Source: a virus
DNA: 64,000 bases
IMG/VR virus record: IMGVR_UViG_3300021093_003813
Location: 36,968 to 100,967 of that record
Direction: 5' to 3' (one strand)
Under the pieces are notes generated by a model that was given only the letters and a program-made list of their open reading frames with translations, did no database searches and was not told the DNA's origin. This document shows positions 1-10,241 of the stretch, piece after piece (the first letter of the stretch is position 1; each line of letters begins with the position of its first letter). Position numbers and translations under genes: made by a program.

Positions 1-197
1 CCTTTGGCATCAATGATTTCCACGTAATCAAACGCAGTCAGTTCTTTGTCACCTGCTTGAGCCCAGCCTTTGGCATCTTTCACTGTGTCAATGAAGTCTG
101 TGAACCATCCTAGACTGCGAACCCAGTGTTTAGTTTCCAGAACCCAATGCTGTGTGAACAACTCGCTATGTGCCAACCATGTTTCATTATTCAGCAT
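1..197 (-). CDS. hypothetical protein (5' part; runs off the window start)
   Basis: Hand-translated open frame from ATG 197 (MLNNETWLAHSELFTQHWVLETKHW...), overlapping the stop of the upstream 238-aa gene; not in the ORF track. Confidence 0.6.
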   Translation of the reverse strand, partial: MLNNETWLAHSELFTQHWVLETKHWVRSLGWFTDFIDTVKDAKGWAQAGDKELTAFDYVEIIDAK

Positions 198-903
198 TCT
201 TCCTCACTTTTTTCATTTTGGTGATTTTCTTCACTTCATTATCAATACGTTTTTCTTCATTCACACCCAAGTTGGCACCAAAGGCCCATTGACCTACGTG
301 CTTCACTTGGAAACTTAAATTCATGTCAATCCAAATTTTGTATCCGGCTTTTCGGAGTTTTTCTTGAAAATAGAAATCTTCTCCATGCCAGTTTCCATCA
401 TAGTACTCAAAGTTGAAGAAAGGGGGTTCGATGTTCTTCAAGATTTCTGTTTTCATCATCATACATCCCATACCTACACCTTCCACTTCCTGAAGTTCCT
501 GGTCACCTTCCAATGGCAACCAGTTGTTCCAATCGCCTCGTTCAGGATATGCCACTGTTTGTAAAGGCACTGAACGTTTCATATAGTTGGAACACACCAC
601 ATCAACATTATGACCCATCAATCTCATGGCGGTGGTGCTGGGAAACAGCATGTCAGAATCCAACCACAAGGAATAATCTGCGTTTATTTGCAGAGCCTGG
701 TTTGCCAAACGTTCACGTTGAGCCAACAAGATGGTGCTTTGGTCATACAAAACATGAACATCAATACCAGCCATGGTAGTGGTCTTCACCAACTCTACAA
801 GAGCTGAAGTAAACAAACTATACATGGATTCTTTGCATGGAATCAGAATAGCAAGTTTTGTGGGACGCGTTTTCCAGATGCTTAAATCATAGATGTTCTT
901 CAT
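187..903 (-). CDS. GT-A fold (GT2-like) glycosyltransferase-related protein
   Basis: AILIPC start, LWLDSD (DxD), GVGMGCMMMK, GEDFYF and VKHVG motifs typical of phage GT2-like proteins. Confidence 0.7.
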   Translation of the reverse strand: MKNIYDLSIWKTRPTKLAILIPCKESMYSLFTSALVELVKTTTMAGIDVHVLYDQSTILLAQRERLANQALQINADYSLWLDSDMLFPSTTAMRLMGHNVDVVCSNYMKRSVPLQTVAYPERGDWNNWLPLEGDQELQEVEGVGMGCMMMKTEILKNIEPPFFNFEYYDGNWHGEDFYFQEKLRKAGYKIWIDMNLSFQVKHVGQWAFGANLGVNEEKRIDNEVKKITKMKKVRKNAE

Positions 904-1367
904 AGACCTGCCACTCCAGACGCCAATGTTGACGCTTGGTTGGTGATTTCACGAATCATCGTAGTAATTTCTTGAACTCGTTTGACAAAAAGTTGATAAT
1001 CGGCTAACGGAAATTGCGTGACTGTATTTAATGTTTCAATACTATACTTGTCAAAGATAAGAATTTCCATGGAAGCTTGGCGGGCCCATTTCTCAATCAT
1101 GGCAAATCTAGTGGTCTGCGGGTCATTGTTCAACAGATTCAACAGATGTTCTGAATCATGTTGTGCCAACACATCTTCCAAGAAAGCAATTCTTTCTGGC
1201 CACTGACCTTCTTCCTTCAGATACTTCAATTCATACAGAAGTTCTGCCAGTTTCTTTTTGTCATACCCAATGGAAACCCATCGGACATAACGTTCTTCGT
1301 ATTCCGATGGGTGGTCATTGATGGCGTTAATCAATATGTCCAATGTAATGTCTGTCATGATGCTCAC
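900..1367 (-). CDS. hypothetical protein
   Basis: 155-aa ORF with GGAG SD, coupled to the next gene. Confidence 0.7.
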   Translation of the reverse strand: MSIMTDITLDILINAINDHPSEYEERYVRWVSIGYDKKKLAELLYELKYLKEEGQWPERIAFLEDVLAQHDSEHLLNLLNNDPQTTRFAMIEKWARQASMEILIFDKYSIETLNTVTQFPLADYQLFVKRVQEITTMIREITNQASTLASGVAGL

Positions 1368-1390
1368 TCCACATAAAAATAGTATAAAGA

Positions 1391-1419
1391 AATTTATATA
1401 TGTGCTACAATTTTGTCAA
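1391..1419 (-). promoter_or_regulatory. sigma70-like promoter overlapping a near-consensus late box (TATAAATT)
   Basis: TTGACA-17 nt-TAAATT upstream of the ORF starting at 1367. Confidence 0.5.
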
Positions 1420-1422
1420 GTC

Positions 1423-1599
1423 TCAGTATGTGAATGGTGTTGTTCGGCCGCCAAAGTCAGTTGACAAACGAATCTGACCAGCAGTAATACCAATTTGTGC
1501 GCCTAAATTGCCACGTAATGTAACTTGACCAGACAGGCCGTATGCATTACGCACACGCCCCATCAATATCTCTGAACCTGTATTTGGAATTATTCCCAT
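1423..1599 (-). CDS. small Gly-rich tail-fibre-associated protein (58 aa)
   Basis: Hand-translated MGIIPNTGSEILMGRVRNAYG...FGGRTTPFTY; AGGGAG SD; directly after the fibre gene; below the ORF-track cutoff. Confidence 0.7.
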   Translation of the reverse strand: MGIIPNTGSEILMGRVRNAYGLSGQVTLRGNLGAQIGITAGQIRLSTDFGGRTTPFTY

Positions 1600-1622
1600 C
1601 GTATACTCCCTGAAGGCCTAAA

Positions 1623-3578
1623 TTATTTATTGCAGTTGCAAATCTTCTTTACTTCATCAAGTTCCAACTTTAAGGCCTTGATGGCTTCCACTAATAATGG
1701 AACCATTTTCTCGTACTTCACTGTAAGATATTGTTCATCAATGGGTGCTGGTGCCACCACTTCTGGTAGAACTGCTTGTACTTCTTGTGCGCTTAAACCA
1801 ACTTGCATTGCATCATTGTTGTAACCTAGTGACTTGGCTACTTCATTTTCTGTGAAGTAGTAACCATTCAATGATGCCACCTTGTCCAAGGCATTGTCAA
1901 TAGTGCCTTGGAAGTTCTTCAAACGAGCATCTGAATAGAAAGCGGTGATTTCATTGGTGGCTCTGATTTCACCTGCTGTTCCTGAGCCTGCTGTACCCAC
2001 ACCCAAAGAGTTGAATTGTACATTGGAGCCTGTACCTACTGCTTGCCCAATGCTGATGGTGACGGCGCCTGTGGCACCGGACACTGAAACACCTGTGCCT
2101 GCCACATTGCTAGTGACACCCGCGTTGGTCAATGTCACAGAACCACCAAGTGACACTGAACCGCCACCTGACATACCAGTACCTGCTGTGACTGTTACTG
2201 CACTGTTCACCAAGCCACCGTTTGGAAGACCTGTGCAATTGGTCAATGTGCCTGAGCTAGGTGTGCCTAGAGCAGGTGTCACAAGGGTTGGGCTGGTTGC
2301 CAACACCACAGAACCTGAACCAGTGGTGCCATTGCTCAAGTTGGAAGCAGCAATTTGTGAACCGTTGATGAGATAGTTCTTACCGGTTGGGATGTTGATG
2401 TGTTCTGAACTGCTCCAAGAGTTAGTGCCGTTGCTGTAGGTCCAAGTTTTGTTACCTGCAGTTGTGGCTTCCACAGTTAGACCTGCGCCATCTGCACCTG
2501 CGTTTGTGGCGTTGCCCTTGGCAACAGTCAAGTTCAAATCATCAATATCAACTGTGGTGCTGTTCACTGTGGTGGTGGTACCGTTCACAGTCAAGTCACC
2601 TGATATAGTAACAGCATTACCACTCAATGAAATGGCAACTGCGCCTGTTGAGGACTTGATGTCATTACCTGTCACAGTTAAATCACCCTTCACTTCCACA
2701 TCAGCGGCATTCAATGTGATGGCAGTGGCACCTGTTGAGGACTTGATGTCATTACCTGTGACTGTTAAATCACCTGTGATAGCAACATCTGCTCCTGCCA
2801 TGGTGATGGCGGTGGTGGCGCTGGAGCTGGAGGCAACAACTAATTGACCGCCAGATTGTGTGAAGCGACCGAATTCTGTGCCACCGTCTCGCAAAATGAT
2901 GTCACCGCCATCAGCATCCAGAACAATGTCAGCAGCAGCATCCAGAGTGAAATCTGCTGATGCATTCACTTGTGCAATGGTGGGTGTGGTGATGGTTGGG
3001 CTACTGTTGAACACCAACAAACCTGTACCAGTTTCATCAGACACAGCAGCAAGCATTTGTGCTGATGTGGCAGTCAATGTGTTGCTGGCAAGGCTGATGG
3101 TTTTATTGGTCAATGTTTGTGTAGTGTCAGTGCCCACCATGGTTGTGGTAGCATCAGGTATGGTGACCACTCTATCTGCTGTAGGATCCACCACAGTCAA
3201 TGTGGTTTCAAATGCATCCGCAGTGGCACCTTCAAAGAACAAACCGTTGGTGACAATAGCAGCATCCAAAGTCTTGTTGGTGAGTGTTTGTGCACCATCC
3301 AGTGTGGTTAAAACACGTGTGGCAGCTCCTGTGTAGAACTTGAAATCACCGGCATTGTTCCAGAAGTCACCTGAAACAGGTGATGTTGGGTCGGCACTAC
3401 CAGCTACAACACGGACGCTAGCTGTGGAAGCACTGCTGGTGACTGTTGTCAGTTTACCAGTCATGGAGTTACTGCCATCTTTCTCCAGTTTATCAGAGTT
3501 CAAATTACTGAAGTTGGTGTCTACTTCAGTATTTGTAAGTGGTGTACCTTTGACGTTTCTTAAGGTTAATGTGGACAT
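1623..3578 (-). CDS. tail fibre protein with C-terminal peptidase S74 intramolecular chaperone
   Basis: N-terminal KGTPLTNTEVDTNF, TQTLTNKT repeats, Gly/Thr-rich body, C-terminal YSDARLK...GLSAQEV...LLVEAIKAL chaperone motif. Confidence 0.85.
   Translation of the reverse strand: MSTLTLRNVKGTPLTNTEVDTNFSNLNSDKLEKDGSNSMTGKLTTVTSSASTASVRVVAGSADPTSPVSGDFWNNAGDFKFYTGAATRVLTTLDGAQTLTNKTLDAAIVTNGLFFEGATADAFETTLTVVDPTADRVVTIPDATTTMVGTDTTQTLTNKTISLASNTLTATSAQMLAAVSDETGTGLLVFNSSPTITTPTIAQVNASADFTLDAAADIVLDADGGDIILRDGGTEFGRFTQSGGQLVVASSSSATTAITMAGADVAITGDLTVTGNDIKSSTGATAITLNAADVEVKGDLTVTGNDIKSSTGAVAISLSGNAVTISGDLTVNGTTTTVNSTTVDIDDLNLTVAKGNATNAGADGAGLTVEATTAGNKTWTYSNGTNSWSSSEHINIPTGKNYLINGSQIAASNLSNGTTGSGSVVLATSPTLVTPALGTPSSGTLTNCTGLPNGGLVNSAVTVTAGTGMSGGGSVSLGGSVTLTNAGVTSNVAGTGVSVSGATGAVTISIGQAVGTGSNVQFNSLGVGTAGSGTAGEIRATNEITAFYSDARLKNFQGTIDNALDKVASLNGYYFTENEVAKSLGYNNDAMQVGLSAQEVQAVLPEVVAPAPIDEQYLTVKYEKMVPLLVEAIKALKLELDEVKKICNCNK
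2644..2775 (-). repeat. internal direct repeat in the fibre gene (GDLTVTGNDIKSSTGA x2)
   Basis: cctgttgaggacttgatgtcattacctgt occurs at about 2644 and 2731. Confidence 0.8.
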
Positions 3579-3580
3579 CG

Positions 3581-3778
3581 TTATCCTCTATTGGCAATTA
3601 ATAGTTGTAGCATTTTTTTAATATCTGTTAATTCTTGTTTTACACTATTTATATCAGTTTCAAGTTCTTTCATTTTGTCTTTACTGAAACGTCTGGCTTT
3701 ATATGCTGCCAACCCCTCTAAATCAGTGTTTACAACCGCAGAACTGTGACTGTCTCGTCGAATTTTAATTTCATCCAT
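3581..3778 (-). CDS. small conserved T4-like hypothetical protein (coiled-coil C-terminus)
   Basis: RD..S.AVVNTD...Y motif followed by a heptad tail; usual position after the DUF4815 gene. Confidence 0.7.
   Translation of the reverse strand: MDEIKIRRDSHSSAVVNTDLEGLAAYKARRFSKDKMKELETDINSVKQELTDIKKMLQLLIANRG
3646..3653 (-). promoter_or_regulatory. T4-type late promoter TATAAATA (fibre gene)
   Basis: Exact octamer about 70 nt upstream of the ATG at 3578. Confidence 0.7.
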
Positions 3779-3782
3779 GGTA

Positions 3783-6014
3783 TTATGCCATTATAGCCAG
3801 AGCACGCATGCTGTTCACCGCAGGAATGTAGTAGGAATCCACACTAAGCATCACGATTTTCACAGCAAATGCAGTGAATTGACTGAATGTGGAACCACTG
3901 GATGTGTAGGTAAACACACCAGAGCTGTTCAATCCTCCTACCACCGTGTCCTCATCATGACCATTTTTGTTGAACTTGTACACCAGCTCTCCAGCACCTA
4001 GACTGTTGCTGTTGGCACTTACAATCATCTGTGTCCAAGGACGGTTCTTGGGGTCTGTGGTATCACCTGGTGCTATTAGTTTTGCATACACTTTGATATC
4101 AGCTCCTGATGGAATTTCAGCATCCAAGAACACCAACAAATCATCAGCATCAGATCCAGTGGGCAATGAAACCAGTCTGGTGTGATACTTGGAATTGCCT
4201 TGCACGTCTGTGGCTTCGTAATCCACAGTGATGATGTCATCTGTGCCATCAATTGCTGCGTTAGATTCCAATGTGATGCCGTCTCTGGCTGTGACCGCAC
4301 GAACCACGCCAATCACCTTGCCTGCAGAATTACGAAGTACTGAACCATTGATAACTTGGTCAATGAAAGCAGTTTCATCACCTGAAGTTTTACCTGTCAC
4401 GGTGGTGCTGCCAGTGTTGAAGGTGGATGTGCCTGACAATGTTCTACGTACACTACGAATCACATGCTCATATCCAATCACCTGTGACTTGGTGATGTCC
4501 ACGATGGGTGAGATGTTGGAATTGTTGGTGGCAAAGTTCACTTTCACCAACACAGACCCCAAAGTGTCGTCTGAGATGTTCAACCCACCTGCCAGTGTTT
4601 CATAACTGTGTGAATACACCGTCTTTTCTTCGCTCAATGTGAAAATACCTTCTTTTTTCATCGGTGTGAAATCGGCAGGTTGCACTTCAGAAGAATTGTA
4701 GATTTTATGTTCAAATGAAAGAGAAGAATCATTGTATTCCACATAGGAAATGCCAGGTGACATTTGATGAATCAATTTACCTTCAACGTCATCTTCATAT
4801 GGTTCTAAAGTTATCACAGCAGTTCCTGAGCTAGAAGCTGTAGATGTTCTCTTGATAGTTACAGTTTCACCTTCAGAGAATGTACCAGATGTGATTTCTG
4901 TATGTGCCACTTTGTTGTATCGGTCAAAATACAACACAGAACCAATGGCACCACTGGTGCCACCTGTCAAGGTGTCACCCGCCAGAATTTCAACAGAATT
5001 GCTACTGATGCCAAGATAATCAATCTTTTTGTTCTTCAAAATCAAACTACCGCTGGACACAGTGAAGTTGGCTCGATATATAGTGAATTTCATGTCACTG
5101 GTTTCTGACACGGTCCAATTTACGCTGTTGCTGGACACATAGAAACGACCCGCAGCTGGTTGTTTGTCAATTTTTTCTTCTGTACCAATTTTGTTTTGAC
5201 CCAACACAGCAGTCCATACTTCATATCCTTCTCTACCACCTGCTGGCAACAACACCATGGCATATTCTTCATTGTTCTTCAAGTACACAGGTGATGAAAA
5301 TGTGAACTGTGTAGGTGCAGTAGCATCAGTTGATGCATTCACATCTTTAGGATTCAATGTCACAGTGCTGAAAGGAATAATTTCTGTACCTGGATTTCCA
5401 TTTGTAGTGGTACGAATTTGCAATGTGATGGGCACTGTGGCAGAAGTTGGCCTGGTCTTGAAGTATATATCCACCTTTGTGATGAAAATACCATTGTCCA
5501 AACCAGACACAAAGAAGGTTTGAGCTATTGGATCCTTGAAGGTGGTTGTGGATGGATTCACTGTAACAGTGCGTTCCACTGACAACTCTCTGGGAGAAGT
5601 GGAACGAGCGAATGTGATGTTGGGTGCTCTGGTGGATGCAATCTTACCTGTATCGTAGGTGATGGCACCGTATGAATTATATGTTGTGATGGCTACACAA
5701 TCTGTCTGAGCATTTGGATCAGTGGGATGATTGATAAGTGTAAACAATCTGGTGCCAGTTTTGAATGTTTCAGCAGGAATACGAAACACACCATCAAGTT
5801 CACCGCTATTATTTGTGACAAGATTTCCACCAAACGCAGTTGCAACAATAGGACGGCAATGGTCTGTGACTGACTGTCCATCAAAGAAAGGAAACACCTG
5901 AGTGTTGGGTTTCAATCCCTTGGCAGTGAAGTTGATGGTGGCACTGCGCATATAGGATAGTGGTACATCTGTTGGCAGTTGTAGAGTTGGGAGTCCGGCG
6001 CCGAGTTCGGTCAT
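3783..6014 (-). CDS. virion structural protein, C-terminal half of a DUF4815/VrlC-like protein
   Basis: YMRS..I.F...GLKPNT..FPFFDG, DPIAQTF...GIFITKVDIYF, F.F.SPVYL, DMKF.IYRA.F and F..FAVKIVM motifs. Confidence 0.8.
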   Translation of the reverse strand: MTELGAGLPTLQLPTDVPLSYMRSATINFTAKGLKPNTQVFPFFDGQSVTDHCRPIVATAFGGNLVTNNSGELDGVFRIPAETFKTGTRLFTLINHPTDPNAQTDCVAITTYNSYGAITYDTGKIASTRAPNITFARSTSPRELSVERTVTVNPSTTTFKDPIAQTFFVSGLDNGIFITKVDIYFKTRPTSATVPITLQIRTTTNGNPGTEIIPFSTVTLNPKDVNASTDATAPTQFTFSSPVYLKNNEEYAMVLLPAGGREGYEVWTAVLGQNKIGTEEKIDKQPAAGRFYVSSNSVNWTVSETSDMKFTIYRANFTVSSGSLILKNKKIDYLGISSNSVEILAGDTLTGGTSGAIGSVLYFDRYNKVAHTEITSGTFSEGETVTIKRTSTASSSGTAVITLEPYEDDVEGKLIHQMSPGISYVEYNDSSLSFEHKIYNSSEVQPADFTPMKKEGIFTLSEEKTVYSHSYETLAGGLNISDDTLGSVLVKVNFATNNSNISPIVDITKSQVIGYEHVIRSVRRTLSGTSTFNTGSTTVTGKTSGDETAFIDQVINGSVLRNSAGKVIGVVRAVTARDGITLESNAAIDGTDDIITVDYEATDVQGNSKYHTRLVSLPTGSDADDLLVFLDAEIPSGADIKVYAKLIAPGDTTDPKNRPWTQMIVSANSNSLGAGELVYKFNKNGHDEDTVVGGLNSSGVFTYTSSGSTFSQFTAFAVKIVMLSVDSYYIPAVNSMRALAIMA

Positions 6015-6026
6015 GATTTATCTTTG

Positions 6027-9000
6027 TTAAATTTGGTTAACATCTTGGAAAGCAAAAGAAGATATTTGATCGAATTCTCCACTGAGCGAGGGCACCCCGC
6101 CGCCACCGTATGATACGGGTTCACGACCACCGCTGCCTCCGCCGCCAAGGTCTGCGGGGATGTAGGTTGATGGTGTTTCTTCTACAGGAGCAGGTGAATC
6201 TATTGGCAAGGAGATAGGGAATCCTTCTTCTAAAATTATTGGTGTGACTTCAATGATGGCTGGAGGTCCTAAAACACCACCCACAGCGTTAATCTTGATG
6301 GGCTTCAAATTCCAATCCTGTTCAATGAATACAGGAGGTCTTTCCTTTTTGACAGGGGGAGGAGGGGGCTCGATAAGGATGATTGGCTCGGTGACACCTA
6401 CACAAGTAGGAACAAAAGTTTCTACAATTTTTTCCAAGTGACGAACCACTTCCACTTGTTTCTCCACTTCCTTGATGATGACTTCTGTGTTGTAATTATT
6501 AATGATTTGTGGTTGTGTTCTGTGTTCAAACCAAACATCTTCTGCTGGAATCAATCCGATGCTACCTTCATAACCGTAAACCACATTGTTGGTCACAGAC
6601 ACAGATTCAGAGGCATAGGGATTTTCAGAGAACACTTCATGTTCATATGGCAGCGTAGCAATTTCACCATCAGATGGATAACTCACCAGGTCTGGACGGA
6701 AATCTTCTGCCAAAATGGCTGCTGTGATGTTGGTGTAGGTGATGAGACCTGTGGTGCTGGTGGTGGTGCCTGTGACGGTGAATGCCGTGTTGGCCACAAA
6801 AGTTCCTGTGCAATTCACCAAGTACAATCTTGACCACTTGAAGTTTCCACCACGTGCAATTTCCACAATATGTTCTATTTCACCCGTGGCACTTGATGTG
6901 GCTTGTGACACTGTTTCACCCACAGCAAATTTGGTGGCACCTACTGTTTGACGAACCACAATTTTAGCATCTTTAGGAGCCAACACCACACTGCTGGTGC
7001 TAGACACTTCAAGGTCAATTGGGTCAGAGTCCAATCTAGGTGACAAAACTCCTCGGAAAATCAAACAGTTATTGGTTTCATTATTGATATTGACTTTGTC
7101 CGCTCTGTCAAATGAATCCACCAACACACCATTCTTGAATCGTTCTTCACCTGAATCATTGTAAATCAGAGTGTTGATGGTCTTTTGTTCCAAGAAGGAC
7201 AACTTGGTGAATTCTTCCAAATTACCCAAACGCTTGTCAATCACACCAATGTCCGCCATGGTGTACCGACGTTGTAAAGCTGCCTTGCTGAAACTGGAAG
7301 CGTTGGCGGGACGACCTGCCAACTTGGCAGCTTTAGGTGACAATGCCGGGAAGGGAGGTAGTTGCAACACACCTAGATCCATACAATTGGATGGCAATCT
7401 TGGCGTCAAGGGATTTTCAGATGCCTGTCCTTCAATCACTGTGAAGTTGCCATCAGCATCCAGAATCACTCTGTCCACACGCGGCAGATTCCATTCAACA
7501 TCTGTGATGAATTCTTCTTGTGGATGAGGAAGAAAATGTGGTGTGAATCCTGTGAAGGATTTTGTGGATGCGGTGTAACCAATAGGATTGATGTTGGATG
7601 AAGTCAGTGTGGTGGTGGAAGTTGCCACGTTGGCCACAGTGACACGGAAATCCAAAACATCTCTCATTTCATATTTCTTACCATTACTACCTACGTACAA
7701 TGGCATCTTGTGCCAATCAATTTCTGAGGCGGTAGGGCTATCACCTTGTGTAGGCAAAGGATAGCTGTCCACATTGAAGAAGGCACCTGCATTGTGTACA
7801 AAGTGATCCACACGAATCACATAGCGACGTTCTTCCAGGAAGCTTCCACTCACAGTTCCTAAATTGTAATGACTGTCTGTTTGTCCGTTTTTGATTTTGA
7901 ATTGACCTGTAAAGTCATCACCTGAAGCATCAATGGTGGCCCAGGCGGTTTCCACGTCACCTGCCTTGATGTAATCCAACGCATAAATGTCACACAGACC
8001 CAATGAAGGTGAGGTGGTGAACTTCTTGGCCACCACATCCCAGTTTGGATGCACCACACGAAGAGGTGTGCTACTTGTAGTGGTGATGTTAGCGGCGGAA
8101 TTGGCTGTCAACACTACAATTGGACCAGTTGAAGTTCCATCATTTCTTGCTGTCACAGATGACACAGTGCCCAACAAAGCATTGGCGGAGGTGTAGATGT
8201 TACTGCCTGCTGGACAATCTTCTGAAGTGATGTTCACAGCAGCGTTATATGCAAATGTGATGTTGGCAGAACCAGTGCTTGCTGTTGCCACTAGGTAGGT
8301 GCTACCACTGACAAAACCTAGTTTCTTGGTGGCTTGAATTCTGATGTATCGGTCTTTGTTCAAAGTTTTGGTTCTGGGAGTGACATCAGAACGTGACACT
8401 GAAGCCAACACAGACACCGTGGGTGAACCAGTCAAACCACCAGGTGTATGAATATTGAAATTGATGGTGTTGGTGCCAGGTGTCACAGTCATGTTGCCAC
8501 CAGTCATGTTGATGACTTGACCGGCTGTGTAAACAGCACTACCTGTGCTTACCGCAGTTTCTGCTACCACAATGAATTCAGCTAGAATAGTGGCGTTGGT
8601 GGCAGAAGTGAAAGCGAATGTTTCATCACCTGACACACTGATGGAAGCTGAACCGTTAGCAGCTACAGCCACAGATGTGAAATGTTTTCTGTATGTGAAT
8701 GAATTGTCAAGTGTGTTGGGTTGCAACGTCTTGACATAATTGTATGTGGTGGGAAAGATGTAAGGTGAGTATGTAGATTCTTTCAACACAGCAGGAGTAG
8801 TTACCACGTCAGCATGAAAGTCTTTGGCTGCATTATCACGATACAATCCACGAATGTCTGCCACACTACCGCCAGTCATTTCAATATCATACAAGTACAC
8901 ACGATATTGTGCGGCTGCGGCACCAGGTGTGCCTGTGATGTATTCCACAGTGGCAACACGTGCTGTACCAATTTCTGAACCTGGAGCTGATGTTGCTGAA

Positions 9001-10235
9001 TATGTTGTGGCTGTGACAGCACCTGCAGCTGTTCCTCGTAGTGAAATCAAGGCACCATTGGAAGGAAAACTACCACACAATTCATCCACAATCAAATAGT
9101 TGCCGTAGGCTGTGGACAATCTGACGGCTGTTCTTTCAAGGGTGTTTGTGGGCTTCTCAACATCCAAATATTTGGTGGCAAACAGCTCATATTCAAAGCC
9201 TCGTACATAGGCTTTGCCAGGTTCCACTCCTAGGGCCAGTTTGCCATTGTCACCACCTTGTCCTGATGTGTACACACCATCAGTGTCATCATCCACAAGA
9301 TGTTCACGAATATGATAGTTGAAAGGACGTACCACGTAGTCACCTGATTCATCATAGGTTCTACGTGCCAATGTGTTGTTTAATTCTGCAAATTGTGTTC
9401 TGTCATACCGACGGCTGATGGCACCAGCATTCACTTCATACAGAATGAAGAATCCTTCCACTGTTTCATTGATAGGGAAAGCCACCAATTCAGTAGACAG
9501 TTTGAATCTATCAGCACCTGGAGCAGTGTAATTGAATGCACCTTGTGCTGGATCCAACAATGTTTCATCATCATCAGAGGTGATGATTTCTTCATTTACT
9601 GAGAAACCTACTTTTTTGCTAGGTGTCTCACTGTACTTTTCCAACACGATGGTTTGTGCGTAATGACGAATGAAGAAGCCGTTGGCATACACCACACCAT
9701 CACCCACAGAGAACAATGAACCCTTGGTGATAGGTGTTTCTGAAACGTCAGCAATGATTACTGTGATGTTTTCATCATCATCTTGGGTGAGCACTTCATC
9801 AGCAGCAAATGTTTCTGTGGTACCACTATCACCTTGTGAGATGTACTGGAGGAACAATGCCTTGTATGTGGTGGTTTCACTACCAGTAGCCACCTTCTTC
9901 ACAACAGCTTTTACATTATCATCAGCACCTACCAATGTTTTTCCTTCCAATGCCAACAAATTTTCGTCTGTGATTTCTTGACCGGAAGTATCAGTATCAA
10001 GAATTTTCACAACATCCACACTAAAGTTTGTGGATTCTGGACATCCAGAAATCACACTACCTTCCTTGAAGATGTTGTCACCAAATCTCTTGACTTGATC
10101 CTGTAGGATGGTTTGAAGTTGTGTTAGCTCACGAGCTTGAACTGAAAACCCTGGTTTGAACAGAACCTTGTGAAAGTTCTTGTTCAAATCAAAGTCATCA
10201 TAGTATGGATAGGTGTTGAGATTAAGCTTGGCCAT
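6027..10235 (-). CDS. virion structural protein, DUF4815/VrlC-like N-terminal part
   Basis: PYYDDFD..K.F.KVLFKPG..VQARELTQLQ, APGADR, LARRTYDESGDY, RYTM.DIG, RFKNG..VD.F motifs. Confidence 0.85.
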   Translation of the reverse strand: MAKLNLNTYPYYDDFDLNKNFHKVLFKPGFSVQARELTQLQTILQDQVKRFGDNIFKEGSVISGCPESTNFSVDVVKILDTDTSGQEITDENLLALEGKTLVGADDNVKAVVKKVATGSETTTYKALFLQYISQGDSGTTETFAADEVLTQDDDENITVIIADVSETPITKGSLFSVGDGVVYANGFFIRHYAQTIVLEKYSETPSKKVGFSVNEEIITSDDDETLLDPAQGAFNYTAPGADRFKLSTELVAFPINETVEGFFILYEVNAGAISRRYDRTQFAELNNTLARRTYDESGDYVVRPFNYHIREHLVDDDTDGVYTSGQGGDNGKLALGVEPGKAYVRGFEYELFATKYLDVEKPTNTLERTAVRLSTAYGNYLIVDELCGSFPSNGALISLRGTAAGAVTATTYSATSAPGSEIGTARVATVEYITGTPGAAAAQYRVYLYDIEMTGGSVADIRGLYRDNAAKDFHADVVTTPAVLKESTYSPYIFPTTYNYVKTLQPNTLDNSFTYRKHFTSVAVAANGSASISVSGDETFAFTSATNATILAEFIVVAETAVSTGSAVYTAGQVINMTGGNMTVTPGTNTINFNIHTPGGLTGSPTVSVLASVSRSDVTPRTKTLNKDRYIRIQATKKLGFVSGSTYLVATASTGSANITFAYNAAVNITSEDCPAGSNIYTSANALLGTVSSVTARNDGTSTGPIVVLTANSAANITTTSSTPLRVVHPNWDVVAKKFTTSPSLGLCDIYALDYIKAGDVETAWATIDASGDDFTGQFKIKNGQTDSHYNLGTVSGSFLEERRYVIRVDHFVHNAGAFFNVDSYPLPTQGDSPTASEIDWHKMPLYVGSNGKKYEMRDVLDFRVTVANVATSTTTLTSSNINPIGYTASTKSFTGFTPHFLPHPQEEFITDVEWNLPRVDRVILDADGNFTVIEGQASENPLTPRLPSNCMDLGVLQLPPFPALSPKAAKLAGRPANASSFSKAALQRRYTMADIGVIDKRLGNLEEFTKLSFLEQKTINTLIYNDSGEERFKNGVLVDSFDRADKVNINNETNNCLIFRGVLSPRLDSDPIDLEVSSTSSVVLAPKDAKIVVRQTVGATKFAVGETVSQATSSATGEIEHIVEIARGGNFKWSRLYLVNCTGTFVANTAFTVTGTTTSTTGLITYTNITAAILAEDFRPDLVSYPSDGEIATLPYEHEVFSENPYASESVSVTNNVVYGYEGSIGLIPAEDVWFEHRTQPQIINNYNTEVIIKEVEKQVEVVRHLEKIVETFVPTCVGVTEPIILIEPPPPPVKKERPPVFIEQDWNLKPIKINAVGGVLGPPAIIEVTPIILEEGFPISLPIDSPAPVEETPSTYIPADLGGGGSGGREPVSYGGGGVPSLSGEFDQISSFAFQDVNQI

Positions 10236-10241
10236 GTGTTA

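Noticed and set aside
6015-6029. Stop-codon readthrough or recoded genetic code joining the two DUF4815 ORFs
   Set aside because: Two TAA codons intervene, and TAA, TAG and TGA all terminate conserved genes elsewhere in the window
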